From positions 335 through 64,334 of the forward strand of contig JAYVSV010000047.1 in NCBI GenBank assembly GCA_043775015.1: a stretch of DNA of 64,000 nt. Direction: 5' to 3'. Shown here piece after piece: positions 39,275 through 48,597 of this stretch. Made by a program: the position numbers and the translations under genes. Below the pieces are notes generated by a model. It was given only the letters and a program-made list of their open reading frames with translations, was not told where the DNA came from and did no database searches. The first letter of the stretch is position 1. Each line of letters starts with the position of its first letter. Source of the stretch: Verrucomicrobiota bacterium. GTDB taxonomy: Bacteria > Verrucomicrobiota > Verrucomicrobiia > Limisphaerales > CANJXF01.

Positions 39275-39742
39275 TCAGTAAAGGATTTTGTCCGCTTTGC
39301 TCTGCCACTCGTTGAAGGCGAGAAGTGCTTCCTTGCGCATCAATTGCTTCATCGGGATTTTGCGTTTCTTCAATGGGAGCGGGATTTCTTTGTAAATAAA
39401 ATCGTCGTCGAAACCAATTTGGGCGGCGTCCTGGCGCGAGTTCCCAAAATAGATTTTTTTGATGTGCGCCCAATATATTGCGGAGAGACACATGGGGCAC
39501 GGCTCGCAGCTCGTGTATAATTCGCAGTCTTTAAGTTCAAACGTCTTGAGGCGCTGGCAGGCTTCCCGGATCGCCACGATTTCCGCGTGAGCCGTCGGGT
39601 CGTTGGTTGAAGTGACCTGGTTGTGTCCAGTGGCAATAACTTTTCCGTTGCGCACCACGACTGCGCCAAAGGGACCGCCTTTTCCAGCGCGCATCATTTG
39701 TTGCGAGACGCGAATCGCCTTCTGCATGAATTTTGAATCCAT
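39275..39742 (-). CDS. guaD: Guanine deaminase-type nucleoside deaminase (CDA-fold zinc deaminase, GuaD-like)
   Basis: GGPFGAVVV...NDPTAHAEIVAIREAC...LYTSCEPCPMCLSAIYWA...GFDDDFIYKEI closely follows the Bacillus GuaD-type pattern (HAE ... PCxxC). Confidence 0.8.
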   Translation of the reverse strand: MDSKFMQKAIRVSQQMMRAGKGGPFGAVVVRNGKVIATGHNQVTSTNDPTAHAEIVAIREACQRLKTFELKDCELYTSCEPCPMCLSAIYWAHIKKIYFGNSRQDAAQIGFDDDFIYKEIPLPLKKRKIPMKQLMRKEALLAFNEWQSKADKILY

Positions 39743-39787
39743 AGATTTAATCTTCGAGAGAGCAGGGGATTGGGTTCGAACGGCGGC

Positions 39788-40939
39788 TCAAATTTTTAAA
39801 CCGAAAAGGCGATGGTGCTCCTGAATTGTATAGCGGTCGGTCATGCCCGATAGATAATCACAAATCGCGCGGTTCCAACCTTCTTTGCGCGCACGTTTGC
39901 GAACGCGTTCGCCCATTTCCTCCGGGTGCTTGAGAAAATAGCGGAACAGCTCTTCGAGCATCCGAACAGCGCGCAGGTTCGGTTCATGCACAACCGGATT
40001 GTAGTAAAGATTTTTGTAGAGATAGTCGCGCAATTCAAGATTCAGTTCGCGCCGTTTGGCGCTGTAGCGGACGAGCGGACGCGATTGCAGGCGCACGTCA
40101 TCGGCCGATTTCACTCCCGCATCAAGGATCAATTTTTCCGTGGTCCCTACGACATCTTTCACATGGCCGTCGATCAAGCAGCGGATGATGAAGTAGCGAC
40201 GACATTCGTCTTCCATTTTGCCATATTGTTTTTTCACCAACCGGCTTGCTTGATTCCAGAGGCGAACGTCTTTGCACAGTTTTTTCTCCGACAACAATCC
40301 GGAATCGAGGCCGTCGTCGAGATCGTGGCTGTAGTAAGTAATTTCGTCCGCGAGATTGGCGACTTGCGCTTCGAGCGCGGAAGACTTGGCGTCAAAGCCG
40401 GCGCGTTTGCTTGGATGATCATAGCTGGTGTAATGCTTGACCAAACCTTCGCGAACTTCCCAGCTGAGATTCAGCCCTTTGAACAGCGGATATTTTTGCT
40501 CGAGCTCCTCAACGATGCGCAGGCTCTGCCGATTGTGTTCAAAGCCACCGTGAGCTTTCATCAACTTGTTCAAAACCACTTCGCCCTTGTGGCCGAATGG
40601 AGAATGGCCAAGGTCATGTGCGAGCGCGATGGTTTCCGCAAGGTCTTCGTTCAATTGAAGTGCGCGGGCAATATTCCGGGAAATCGCGGCTACTTCCATC
40701 GTGTGCGTCAGGCGGGTGCGAAGATGATCTCCCGTGCCATTCAGAAAAACCTGCGTCTTATATTCGAGTCGGCGAAACGCGCGCGAATGAATGACGCGAT
40801 CACGATCACGCTGATATTGCGTGCGCCACTCCGGCGGTTCTTCGGGATACAAGCGGCCGCGGGTATTGGCGCTGAATTGAGCATAAGGCGCGAGGATTTG
40901 ACGCTCGCGCGCTTCGAGTTGAACGCGTGTAAAGGGCAT
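39788..40939 (-). CDS. dgt: Deoxyguanosinetriphosphate triphosphohydrolase-like HD-domain protein
   Basis: QRDRDRVIHSRAFRRLEYKTQVF, RTRLTHTMEVAAISR, ALAHDLGHSPFGH (HD motif). Confidence 0.88.
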   Translation of the reverse strand: MPFTRVQLEARERQILAPYAQFSANTRGRLYPEEPPEWRTQYQRDRDRVIHSRAFRRLEYKTQVFLNGTGDHLRTRLTHTMEVAAISRNIARALQLNEDLAETIALAHDLGHSPFGHKGEVVLNKLMKAHGGFEHNRQSLRIVEELEQKYPLFKGLNLSWEVREGLVKHYTSYDHPSKRAGFDAKSSALEAQVANLADEITYYSHDLDDGLDSGLLSEKKLCKDVRLWNQASRLVKKQYGKMEDECRRYFIIRCLIDGHVKDVVGTTEKLILDAGVKSADDVRLQSRPLVRYSAKRRELNLELRDYLYKNLYYNPVVHEPNLRAVRMLEELFRYFLKHPEEMGERVRKRARKEGWNRAICDYLSGMTDRYTIQEHHRLFGLKI

Positions 40940-40945
40940 GAGAAA

Positions 40946-42187
40946 TCAGTTCGCTAACAATTCCTGAACGGAGACGCCGCGCAATTGGAACAAGCGCCGG
41001 ATTGCGTCCTCGATTAAGTTGTTCGGGCAGGAAGCACCGGCGGTAATGCCGACGGTAATTTTTCCGGGTGGAAGCCAGTTTTGCGTTTCGACCTCAGTGT
41101 GATTGTGCTGGTCCCAATGGCGAATCATTTTTTCCGAAGCCATCATCGCCGCATTTTTGATAAAAAAGGTCGGCAGTTTTGCCTCACCCATTTCTGCAAG
41201 ATGCGAGGTGTTGGAAGAATTGTAACCGCCGATCACCAGCAGTAAATCCATCGGCTCACGCAATAATTTTTCGAGCGCATCCTGTCGGTCCTGTGTTGCG
41301 CCGCAAATCGTGTCGAAGAAGCGAAAATGTTTATCGACCTCAGTGTCGCCGTATTTTTTCATCATCGCCGTTTTTAAACGCCGTTGCACCTCTTCGGTTT
41401 CGCCGCGAAGCATGGTCGTTTGATTCGCTACTCCCACAGCCGAGAGATGGACATCAGGATCAAAACCTTCCGAGTAAGCGCCTTTGAATTTCTCCAGGAA
41501 TTCCTGTTTGTTGCCGCCGTTGAGCATATAATTACAAACGTAATCGGTCTCAGCCAGAGTGAATACGACGAGATAATGGCCATTGGTAGCCGTAGCTTGG
41601 GAACTGGTCGCCTTGGTCTCTTCATGCCAAGCTTTGCCATGTATAATGCTGGTGACCGCTTCGCGCGAATATTGTTTGACTCGTTTCCAAACGCTCATCA
41701 CGTCCCCGCAAGTGGTGTCCACGAGTTGGCAGCCTTTGGCCTCAAGCTTGGCTCGTGTCTCGACCTGTGTGCCAAAAGCGGGGATGATGACAACATCCTT
41801 TTTTTGCAAATGCTCAATTTCTTCATCCGTCGGCTTGGCCGAAATGGTCTGAATCCCGAGATTACGAATTTGATCATTCACTTCCGGGTTGTGAATGATT
41901 TCTCCGAGAATATAAATCGGCTGGTCCGGAAACACTTTTCGCGCCGCGTAGGCCAGATCAATCGCCCGCTCCACGCCGTAGCAAAAACCGAATTCCTTGG
42001 CCAGCTTGACCGTGAGCAAGCCGTCAGCGGATAAAACGTGGCCCTTGGCGCGAATGCGATCGACTAATTCGCTGCGATAATGCGACAGCACCTGTGCTTG
42101 CACTGCCTCCATGATGTCCGGTCGGCGGAGATTAATTTTTTGCGGTGCGGCAGGCGCGTGCGTTGACATACGCGAATAGATTAGCAC
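40946..42187 (-). CDS. ispH: 4-hydroxy-3-methylbut-2-enyl diphosphate reductase IspH (long form)
   Basis: LAKEFGFCYGVERAI..., IIHNPEV, TTCGDV, GVANQTT, DTICGATQDRQ, VIGGYNSSNT. The track start at 42187 is GTG; an ATG alternative (MSTHAP) is at 42169. Confidence 0.9.
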   Translation of the reverse strand: MLIYSRMSTHAPAAPQKINLRRPDIMEAVQAQVLSHYRSELVDRIRAKGHVLSADGLLTVKLAKEFGFCYGVERAIDLAYAARKVFPDQPIYILGEIIHNPEVNDQIRNLGIQTISAKPTDEEIEHLQKKDVVIIPAFGTQVETRAKLEAKGCQLVDTTCGDVMSVWKRVKQYSREAVTSIIHGKAWHEETKATSSQATATNGHYLVVFTLAETDYVCNYMLNGGNKQEFLEKFKGAYSEGFDPDVHLSAVGVANQTTMLRGETEEVQRRLKTAMMKKYGDTEVDKHFRFFDTICGATQDRQDALEKLLREPMDLLLVIGGYNSSNTSHLAEMGEAKLPTFFIKNAAMMASEKMIRHWDQHNHTEVETQNWLPPGKITVGITAGASCPNNLIEDAIRRLFQLRGVSVQELLAN

Positions 42188-42267
42188 CAGCCTAGAACTC
42201 GTCTAGTTGAAACGAAAAGTGCGCCAGCCGTGATTTTGATTGTGTGGAATCCCACATTTTTTGGGAA

Positions 42268-42345
42268 TGGTCGGAGCGACAGGATTCGAACCTGCGACGT
42301 CTTGCTCCCAAAGCAAGTGCTCTAGCCAAGCTGAGCTACGCTCCG
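42268..42345 (-). tRNA. tRNA-Pro (anticodon UGG), CCA encoded
   Basis: The reverse complement is CGGAGCG-TAGCTCAGCTTGGCTAGAGCA-CTTGC-TTTGGGA-GCAAG-ACGTC-GCAGGTTCGAATCCTGT-CGCTCCG-ACCA. It has a 7-bp acceptor stem, T-loop GGTTCGAATCC and anticodon loop TT-TGG-GA. Confidence 0.9.
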
Positions 42346-42753
42346 TAACCGAAGAGTGCAAATCATTGCACAGGATTTCCTCAGCGCAATGACTAATTTA
42401 AAATCCGCCGATGAAGGGGTTTTACTTTGAGCCGCCCCAAGTTCGGAAAAACCGATTTTTAACGGTTGCGTGGTTTTTACATCCTGCTACGCCATAAGCG
42501 ATTGGGTGGCCGATTTGACAACCTGCCCCATGTGCGATTAGATAAACCAGTTGCAGCCTAAGTCATCCTGCCTTCCTGCAGGGTGACACGGGGGAACCAG
42601 TTCCACAGCAATGTGGATGGGGCGTACGATAACGAGAACCGTTATTGAGGTCACTTTCAAGACCTAGCCCGTCAGCTAACCTCGTCGGCAATTGGAAGGG
42701 CGATCCTCTAGGACCACATGTTGTGGCACCCAAGATTTCCCCGTTAAAAAATT

Positions 42754-42837
42754 CTGTAGTGGCGCTCTATGGGCGTTGCTGGAGCCTTCAGTTCATTAAC
42801 GCGCGGGCCAGCCGGCGGTTATAGAGCGCCACTACAG
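42754..42837 (+). repeat. Perfect 17-bp inverted repeat (50-nt loop) immediately upstream of the SPFH gene start
   Basis: CTGTAGTGGCGCTCTAT (42754..42770) pairs with ATAGAGCGCCACTACAG (42821..42837). It extends by one pair (T42753-A42838). The start codon is at 42854, preceded by GGAG. Confidence 0.75.
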
Positions 42838-42853
42838 AGCATCGGAGTAAAAT

Positions 42854-44656
42854 ATGAACTCAGTCTTGTTTGGAATCGTGTCGGTTCCGCTCGTTATCAC
42901 AGCAGTCGTGCTCATTGGTCTATTGTTTTTAGCGCCCTCGCTCTTGGGAATCGTAGTGATTCGCGAAATGCAGGTTGGTGTCGTGGTGAAAAAGTTTTCG
43001 TCACGCAGCTTAACGCCCGGACGACTCATCGCCATCGATGGGGAAGCCGGTTACCAGGCGGACACGCTTGCGCCGGGTCTTCATTTCGGTTTCTGGCGTT
43101 GGCAATATCGCGTCTTCCGAATGCCGGTGACGATTGTGCCTCAAGGTGAAATTGCGCTCGTCGTGGCTGCGGATGGTTGCTCAATTCCGGCTGAACGAAT
43201 TCTCGGCAGGATCGTTGATTCTGATAATTTTCAGGACGCTCGAAAATTTCTGATCAACGGCGGCGAAAAGGGCCGTCAATTGGGAATCCTGACCGCCGGA
43301 ACTTACCGAATCAACACGGCCATCTTCGCCGTGATCACGGCTGCCGACGCGGGTAACCATTCAATGCATCCGCAGCAACTTCAGATCACGCGGGTCGAAC
43401 CCGACCAGGTTGGCATCGTGACCACGCTTGATGGTTTATCGATCGACGCGGGAGAAATTGCCGGGTCAACGATTCCCGCCCACGACAATTTTCAAAATGC
43501 GCAGGCGTTCATCGACGGAGGCGGGCGCCGCGGTTTGCAGGAACAAATTCTCCTGTCCGGCACCTGGAATTTGAATCCGTGGTTTGCGCAAGTGGAACCA
43601 GTGCCGATGGTGCAGATTCCCATTGGTTACGTCGGCGTCGTCATTTCATTTGTAGGACGGATTCACGAAGACGTCAGTGGCATCGATTTCAAACATGGCG
43701 ATCTCGTGAATGTCGGCCACAAAGGCGTTTGGGTCTCGCCCCTTTATCCTGGAAAACATCCGCTCAATACCTGCGTGATGAAAGTCGAACTCGTTCCGAC
43801 AACGAACATCGTGCTGAACTGGGCCGTTCAGACTGAATCCCACCATTACGATGCAAAACTTTCTTCGATCACGGTGCGATCGAAAGATGGTTTCGCCTTC
43901 AATCTCGACGTCTCACAAATCATTCACGTCGGTGCGCTCGATGCCCCGAAAGTGATTTCGCGCGTCGGTTCGATGCAAAATCTGGTGGATCATGTCCTTC
44001 AGCCGATTGTCGGAAATTATTTTCGTAACTCAGCGCAGGATTACACCGTGCTCGATTTCCTCGGCGCACGGAGCCATCGGCAAACTGAGGCTGCGGAACA
44101 TATTCGCGAGGCTCTTGGCGCTTACGACGTGCAAGCCATCGACACGCTCATCGGCGATATCAATCCGCCAAAAGAATTGATGACCACTCAAACCGACCGG
44201 AAAATTGCCGAGGAACAACGTAAAACTTACGAGGTCCAGGAAGAGGCGCAAAAGCAGCGGCAACAACTCGTGCGTCAAACCTCGCTTGCCGATATTCAGC
44301 ACCAGGTTGTCGGAGCGGAACAAGGCGTCAGCATCGCGGAATTGCAAGCCAACGCCCACATCAAACAAGCGACCGGTGAAGCTGAGTCCATCCGCCTGAG
44401 ATCCATTGGCGAAGCGGAAGCGATTCGTGCCACCGGCAATGCCAAAGCCGAAGTGTATCGCGTCGGTGTCGAAGCGATCGGCGCGCACGGCTACACCGTG
44501 ATGCAACTCATGCAAATCGTCGGCGAGCGCAACGTACGCATCGTTCCTGATGTTGCGGTCAGCGGAGCGAATGCGAATCCAGGACTTGTCGATGGGATGC
44601 TTGCCATGATGATGCGCAATCAGTCAACCGGTGTCGCCGCCGCGAAACAAAATTAA
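42854..44656 (+). CDS. SPFH/band-7 (flotillin-like) membrane-scaffold protein
   Basis: N-terminal membrane helix followed by an SPFH-like region. The C-terminal coiled-coil has Glu/Ala-rich repeats (AEEQRKTYEVQEEAQKQRQQL...GEAESIRLRSIGEAEAIRATGNAKAEV). Confidence 0.78.
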   Translation: MNSVLFGIVSVPLVITAVVLIGLLFLAPSLLGIVVIREMQVGVVVKKFSSRSLTPGRLIAIDGEAGYQADTLAPGLHFGFWRWQYRVFRMPVTIVPQGEIALVVAADGCSIPAERILGRIVDSDNFQDARKFLINGGEKGRQLGILTAGTYRINTAIFAVITAADAGNHSMHPQQLQITRVEPDQVGIVTTLDGLSIDAGEIAGSTIPAHDNFQNAQAFIDGGGRRGLQEQILLSGTWNLNPWFAQVEPVPMVQIPIGYVGVVISFVGRIHEDVSGIDFKHGDLVNVGHKGVWVSPLYPGKHPLNTCVMKVELVPTTNIVLNWAVQTESHHYDAKLSSITVRSKDGFAFNLDVSQIIHVGALDAPKVISRVGSMQNLVDHVLQPIVGNYFRNSAQDYTVLDFLGARSHRQTEAAEHIREALGAYDVQAIDTLIGDINPPKELMTTQTDRKIAEEQRKTYEVQEEAQKQRQQLVRQTSLADIQHQVVGAEQGVSIAELQANAHIKQATGEAESIRLRSIGEAEAIRATGNAKAEVYRVGVEAIGAHGYTVMQLMQIVGERNVRIVPDVAVSGANANPGLVDGMLAMMMRNQSTGVAAAKQN

Positions 44657-44682
44657 TCGAGCGGTAGAATAATTAACTAAAA

Positions 44683-44714
44683 CGGAGCACGTGTTCATCG
44701 CGTGCTCCGGATTT
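44683..44714 (+). terminator. Rho-independent terminator after the SPFH gene
   Basis: CGGAGCACG-(9-nt loop)-CGTGCTCCG is a perfect 9-bp stem followed by GATTT. Confidence 0.55.
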
Positions 44715-44905
44715 GCGTAACTACAATTCTCTCGCCGCTTTCTGTTTGGAACAGGCGGAGGCGAGGCCCGCGCAGGTCGTCAAAAATAAAATTCGGCAGA
44801 GCGGAGATTTGGAGTTCTGGGATCACGAGACAGCGCGGCGCAAAAAGGGAGGACATGTTGCGGCATTTCGCTTGGAAAATTTCATCGCCCGCATAATCTC
44901 CAGTC

Positions 44906-46021
44906 ATGTTGAACCAAAATCGCCCCTGTTTTTCGCGCGCCATTCATGGCGTCAAAAAATTCTTGGCCACAATTCCATTCTTGATTGCCGCCGTCATACT
45001 GATTGTTGGCAATTCCATTCAAGCTCAGGTTCCGCTCCGGGAACGGCTTAAAACATCTTCGTTCAAAATCGCCCACGAAACTTATACCAACGGCAACTGG
45101 GAAATTTTCGTCATGAATTCTGACGGCTCTGAACCCGCCAACCTCACCAACACGCCGAAGGAGCACGAGCATTATCCACAAGTGTCGCCGGATGGAACCA
45201 AGATTTGCTTTTCGGTGGACGAAGGCGAGGGCCGCGACGCCGTGCGCAGTCTATGGGTCATGGATGTTGACGGGAAGAATCGGAAGAAGCTGGCCGATCA
45301 CGCGCGCGAACCATTCTGGAAGCCGGACGGCAAAGTCATCGGCTTTCTGCCACAGGAATTTACCAAATTCAATGTGATGGATTATTCCACGAAGGGGATG
45401 AGTTTCTACGACTTGGCGACCGGCAAGATCGAGCCGCATCCGAACAGCACCAATCTTTTCCATCTCTACAATCCGAGCTTTGCGCCGAACGGAAAATGGA
45501 TCGTATCCACTGTTCATGCGGGAATGGGCTTCGGCCACGCCATTCTCGCAATCGAAGCGAATGGCAACCGGATTATCAATCTCAAAATCCCCGGTTGCCG
45601 TCCATGTGTCAGCCCCGATGGCAAACAGCTCGCCTGGGGTTCTGGAGATCATGAAGTCGTCCTCGCGCCCATTGATCTGGAATCAGACTCGCCTGCGGTG
45701 GGGAAATGGCGGTTGCTTATCCAAGACAAAACCAACGAGACCTATCATGTGGATTGGTCACCCGACAGCCGTTTCGTGAGCCTCGATTTTGGGCCTGCCA
45801 GTAAAGGCGATCCGAGCAAGGCAGGAACGTTCCAGGCCGCCTGCGAAATTGTCGGCGTATATGCGCCGGGCTGGAATCTCTGCGTCGTCTCGGCGGAACG
45901 AAGTGGCGTCGTGGATCTAAGCCACGCGACTGAAGCTGACTTTGTCATGCTTACGACCAACGGATTGAGCAACAAAGAATCGGCGTGGTTCCGTTCACCG
46001 GCAAAAGGAAATAAGAAATGA
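44906..46021 (+). CDS. PD40/TolB-like beta-propeller repeat protein
   Basis: Repeated SPDG-type blades (FVMNSDGSEPANLT...YPQVSPDGTKICF, WVMDVDGKNRKKL...WKPDGKVIGF, PSFAPNGKWIV, PCVSPDGKQLAW, VDWSPDSRFV). N-terminal anchor. Confidence 0.75.
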   Translation: MLNQNRPCFSRAIHGVKKFLATIPFLIAAVILIVGNSIQAQVPLRERLKTSSFKIAHETYTNGNWEIFVMNSDGSEPANLTNTPKEHEHYPQVSPDGTKICFSVDEGEGRDAVRSLWVMDVDGKNRKKLADHAREPFWKPDGKVIGFLPQEFTKFNVMDYSTKGMSFYDLATGKIEPHPNSTNLFHLYNPSFAPNGKWIVSTVHAGMGFGHAILAIEANGNRIINLKIPGCRPCVSPDGKQLAWGSGDHEVVLAPIDLESDSPAVGKWRLLIQDKTNETYHVDWSPDSRFVSLDFGPASKGDPSKAGTFQAACEIVGVYAPGWNLCVVSAERSGVVDLSHATEADFVMLTTNGLSNKESAWFRSPAKGNKK

Positions 46022-46953
46022 TGTTGCGGCCAAATTGTTTACTAGTGCTGGCTGCGACAGCTTTGATTCTGGTTTCGTGCGGGAAGCCCGCTGCTGAATC
46101 ACCGGGCGAAGCGAATGCTACTGCCCCGCAAACCACAACCAGTGTCTCAGCTCCCGTCGAGATTGTTACCAAGTCCGCCGTCGAAATGGTTTACGTTCCC
46201 AGTGGTGAATTCATGATGGGCAGCAGCCAGGGCAATCCTGATGAAGCGCCGGCCCATAAGGTTCGCATTACTGGTTTCCTGATGGACAAGTTTGAAGTGA
46301 CGCATGAAATGTTGAAGCGGGCGCAGTTGCCCAACCCTTCCCATTGGCAGGAGAACGCCAAAAATCCCGTGGAGCGAATTCGCTGGCGGGATGCCAAGCA
46401 ATACTGCAATGAGCGTTCAATCCTGGACGGATTGAAGCCGTGCTACAACGAGAAGACCAGCGATTGGGATGTGGATTTTTCAGCCAATGGTTATCGTCTT
46501 CCCACCGAGGCGGAGTGGGAATACGCCGCCCACGCCGGAACAGATGGACCGTATGATTTCGGCCAGCCCGACAAGCTGCGTCAGCATGCGTGGTTCGCCG
46601 AAAACGCGGATCAGAAAACCCATGCCGTGGGCCAGAAGAAGCCGAACCATTGGGGACTCTACGATCTGTATGGGAACGTGTCTGAATGGTGCGAGGATGT
46701 TTACAGCCCGACCTACTACAAGGAAAGCCCGCCAACCGATCCGCACGGCCCGCCGAGTCTCGGAAAGGATGCAAAGCGCGTGATTCGCGGAGGTAGCTGG
46801 AAATCCAGCTCTAGCGCATCTCGCACCACCACCCGTCGAGGAGAGGTGACCGGCGACAGTGATGCCTGTTTCTCCACTGACTTTTGCGGATTCCGTTGCG
46901 TGCGGCGGATCACGATCGAAGAACTCAATGGGATGAAAAGCAATGCAAAGTAA
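46018..46953 (+). CDS. Formylglycine-generating-enzyme (SUMF1/FGE-sulfatase) domain lipoprotein
   Basis: Lipobox LILVSC. MVYVPSGEFMMGS...DEAPAHKVRITGFLMDKFEVT, GYRLPTEAEWEYAA, HWGLYDLYGNVSEWCED, VIRGGSW. ATGA overlap with the upstream gene. Confidence 0.85.
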   Translation: MMLRPNCLLVLAATALILVSCGKPAAESPGEANATAPQTTTSVSAPVEIVTKSAVEMVYVPSGEFMMGSSQGNPDEAPAHKVRITGFLMDKFEVTHEMLKRAQLPNPSHWQENAKNPVERIRWRDAKQYCNERSILDGLKPCYNEKTSDWDVDFSANGYRLPTEAEWEYAAHAGTDGPYDFGQPDKLRQHAWFAENADQKTHAVGQKKPNHWGLYDLYGNVSEWCEDVYSPTYYKESPPTDPHGPPSLGKDAKRVIRGGSWKSSSSASRTTTRRGEVTGDSDACFSTDFCGFRCVRRITIEELNGMKSNAK

Positions 46954-46994
46954 AGTATCCCTTCCCATGCTGAACTAGCTCTTGCTCCTCGACC

Positions 46995-48596
46995 ATGCTC
47001 TTCCACACCTGGCCTTTCCTGATTTTTCTGCTGATCGTCCTGCCGGTTTTTTATGCCCTGCGCAAAACCCGGTTGTGGCTTCCGTGGCTTACCATGGCCT
47101 CCTATTTCTTTTACGGCTGGTGGAATCCTTATTACCTCCTCCTTGTCGTGTATTCCACGGTACTCGATTTCGCCCTGGTAGCCTTGATGGATCATTGTCC
47201 GCGCGAGGGGCAGAAGGTTGACCTGCTTGGCCGACTAACGCGCTTGGATTTCGGCAACTCGACACTGAAACTCGCATTCATCGTCTCAGCGTTCGCTACA
47301 TTGGGCAGTCTGGCAGTAGCCTTCCTTGGTCCACAAACGCTACGTCCCACGATGGTCGCATTCAGCCTGATCGTGTTGTTGATGGCCCTGGGAGCGCTCT
47401 ATAGCAGCCGGAAGATTTGGCTGCTCATCAGCCTCGTGAACAACCTCGCTCTGCTGATCTTCTTCAAATACGCCCGCTTCGGTGTGGAGAACTTGAACGC
47501 CGTTTTTTCGTGGCTTCATCTCTCGTTAAAATTTCCCGATCCCTCCACGCTCATGCCGTTCGGCTTTGAATACATACTCCCGGTCGGGATTTCATTTTTC
47601 ACCTTCCAATCCCTAAGCTACACCATCGATTTTTATTTTGGGAACGTTCAGCGGGAACGAAATTTCCTGCGCTTCGCCACGTTCGTCTGCTTCTTCCCGC
47701 AACTAATGGCCGGTCCGATCGAACGCGCGAAACATCTTTTGCCTCAATTCCATCAGTTCCCCCCCGTTCGCCTCCAGAACTTCACCGATGGCGCATCCCT
47801 TTTCCTCGTCGGCTTGTTCAAGAAACTCGCGCTCGCCAACTACCTTTCCTTTTACGTCGAGCGCGTTTATGAGAATCCAAATGCGTTCGGAGCACCGGCC
47901 CTAATTCTCGCCACCGTGGCGTTTGGATGGCAGATCTATTTCGATTTCAGCGGCTACACGGACATGGCTCGTGGCGTCGCCAAGCTGATGGGATTTAATT
48001 TAATCCTGAACTTCAACAACCCCTATCTCGCCACCGGTATCGGCGAATTCTGGTCGCGCTGGCATATCGGGCTTTCTTCCTGGTTCCGGGACTATGTTTA
48101 CATCCCGCTTGGCGGCAATCGCGGCGGCGTTTTCCAAACCTATCGCAACCTTCTTATCACCTTTCTTATTTCCGGCATCTGGCATGGCGCAAACTGGACG
48201 TTTGTCATCTGGGGCGCACTCCATGGCCTCGGCGTTGTGGTCACACGCGAACTGGAGCGCTCAGCCACTTACCGCGACCGCGTGCCCAAAATTTTCAAAC
48301 AGGCCGGCGTCTTCATTTTCGTTTCCTTTACCTGGATTTTCTTCCGGGCCGAGTCCTTGAAAGATGCGCTCTTGATCGTGCAACGCATTTTCACCGCCGC
48401 ATGGGTGAACTCGCAGGTGCCCATCATCATGGTGGCCTTGGTCGCGCTGGTGTGGCTCTACCAGTTTCTCTATGAATCAAAGTTCCGCGAGATCCTGAGC
48501 ACGAGTCTGGTCCGCATTTGCATGGTGGTGTTGATGATTCTGTACCTCTGCCTCTGCTCCTCCGGTGGTGGTGCGTTTCTCTATTTTCAATTCTGA
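46995..48596 (+). CDS. MBOAT-family membrane O-acyltransferase (AlgI/DltB/PatA-like)
   Basis: FFTFQSLSYTIDFY, FPQLMAGPIERA, FWSRWHIGLSSWFRDYVYIPLGGNR, ISGIWHGANW (conserved His). Confidence 0.88.
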   Translation: MLFHTWPFLIFLLIVLPVFYALRKTRLWLPWLTMASYFFYGWWNPYYLLLVVYSTVLDFALVALMDHCPREGQKVDLLGRLTRLDFGNSTLKLAFIVSAFATLGSLAVAFLGPQTLRPTMVAFSLIVLLMALGALYSSRKIWLLISLVNNLALLIFFKYARFGVENLNAVFSWLHLSLKFPDPSTLMPFGFEYILPVGISFFTFQSLSYTIDFYFGNVQRERNFLRFATFVCFFPQLMAGPIERAKHLLPQFHQFPPVRLQNFTDGASLFLVGLFKKLALANYLSFYVERVYENPNAFGAPALILATVAFGWQIYFDFSGYTDMARGVAKLMGFNLILNFNNPYLATGIGEFWSRWHIGLSSWFRDYVYIPLGGNRGGVFQTYRNLLITFLISGIWHGANWTFVIWGALHGLGVVVTRELERSATYRDRVPKIFKQAGVFIFVSFTWIFFRAESLKDALLIVQRIFTAAWVNSQVPIIMVALVALVWLYQFLYESKFREILSTSLVRICMVVLMILYLCLCSSGGGAFLYFQF

Positions 48597-48597
48597 C

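Noticed and set aside
39275-40939. Adjacent deaminase + dGTPase-like genes as a nucleotide-depletion anti-phage module
   Set aside because: The deaminase is a compact 155-aa GuaD-type enzyme without the extra domains of defensive dCTP deaminases. The HD protein is the common short Dgt-like type. Both are embedded among core genes (nadA, ispH, nrdJ) with no mobile or defence context, so housekeeping roles are more likely.
39926-40957. 343-aa plus-strand ORF
   Set aside because: It is antisense to the dGTPase-like gene (HD motif and RDRDR block present on the minus strand). This is a shadow ORF.
42243-42262. Plus-strand terminator-like hairpin (TGTGG-aatc-CCACA + TTTTTT) abutting the tRNA 3' end
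   Set aside because: The stem is only 5 bp and no plus-strand gene lies upstream, since ispH is divergent. It may simply insulate against antisense read-through, and the evidence is too weak to call.
42188-42853. Integrated element at tRNA-Pro, or tmRNA/RNase P/SRP RNA in the flanking non-coding DNA
   Set aside because: No integrase and no direct repeat of the tRNA 3' end is seen in the window. I could not find the conserved RNase P (GGAAAGTCC-type), tmRNA (tRNA-like 3' end, tag ORF) or SRP (GGAA/AGCA loop) blocks. The region is kept only as an unassigned structured-RNA candidate.
42769-43149. 126-aa plus-strand ORF overlapping the 5' hairpin and the SPFH gene start
   Set aside because: It is out of frame with the SPFH/flotillin-like gene, which has a clear membrane helix and SPFH pattern. 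It also begins inside the loop of the inverted repeat.
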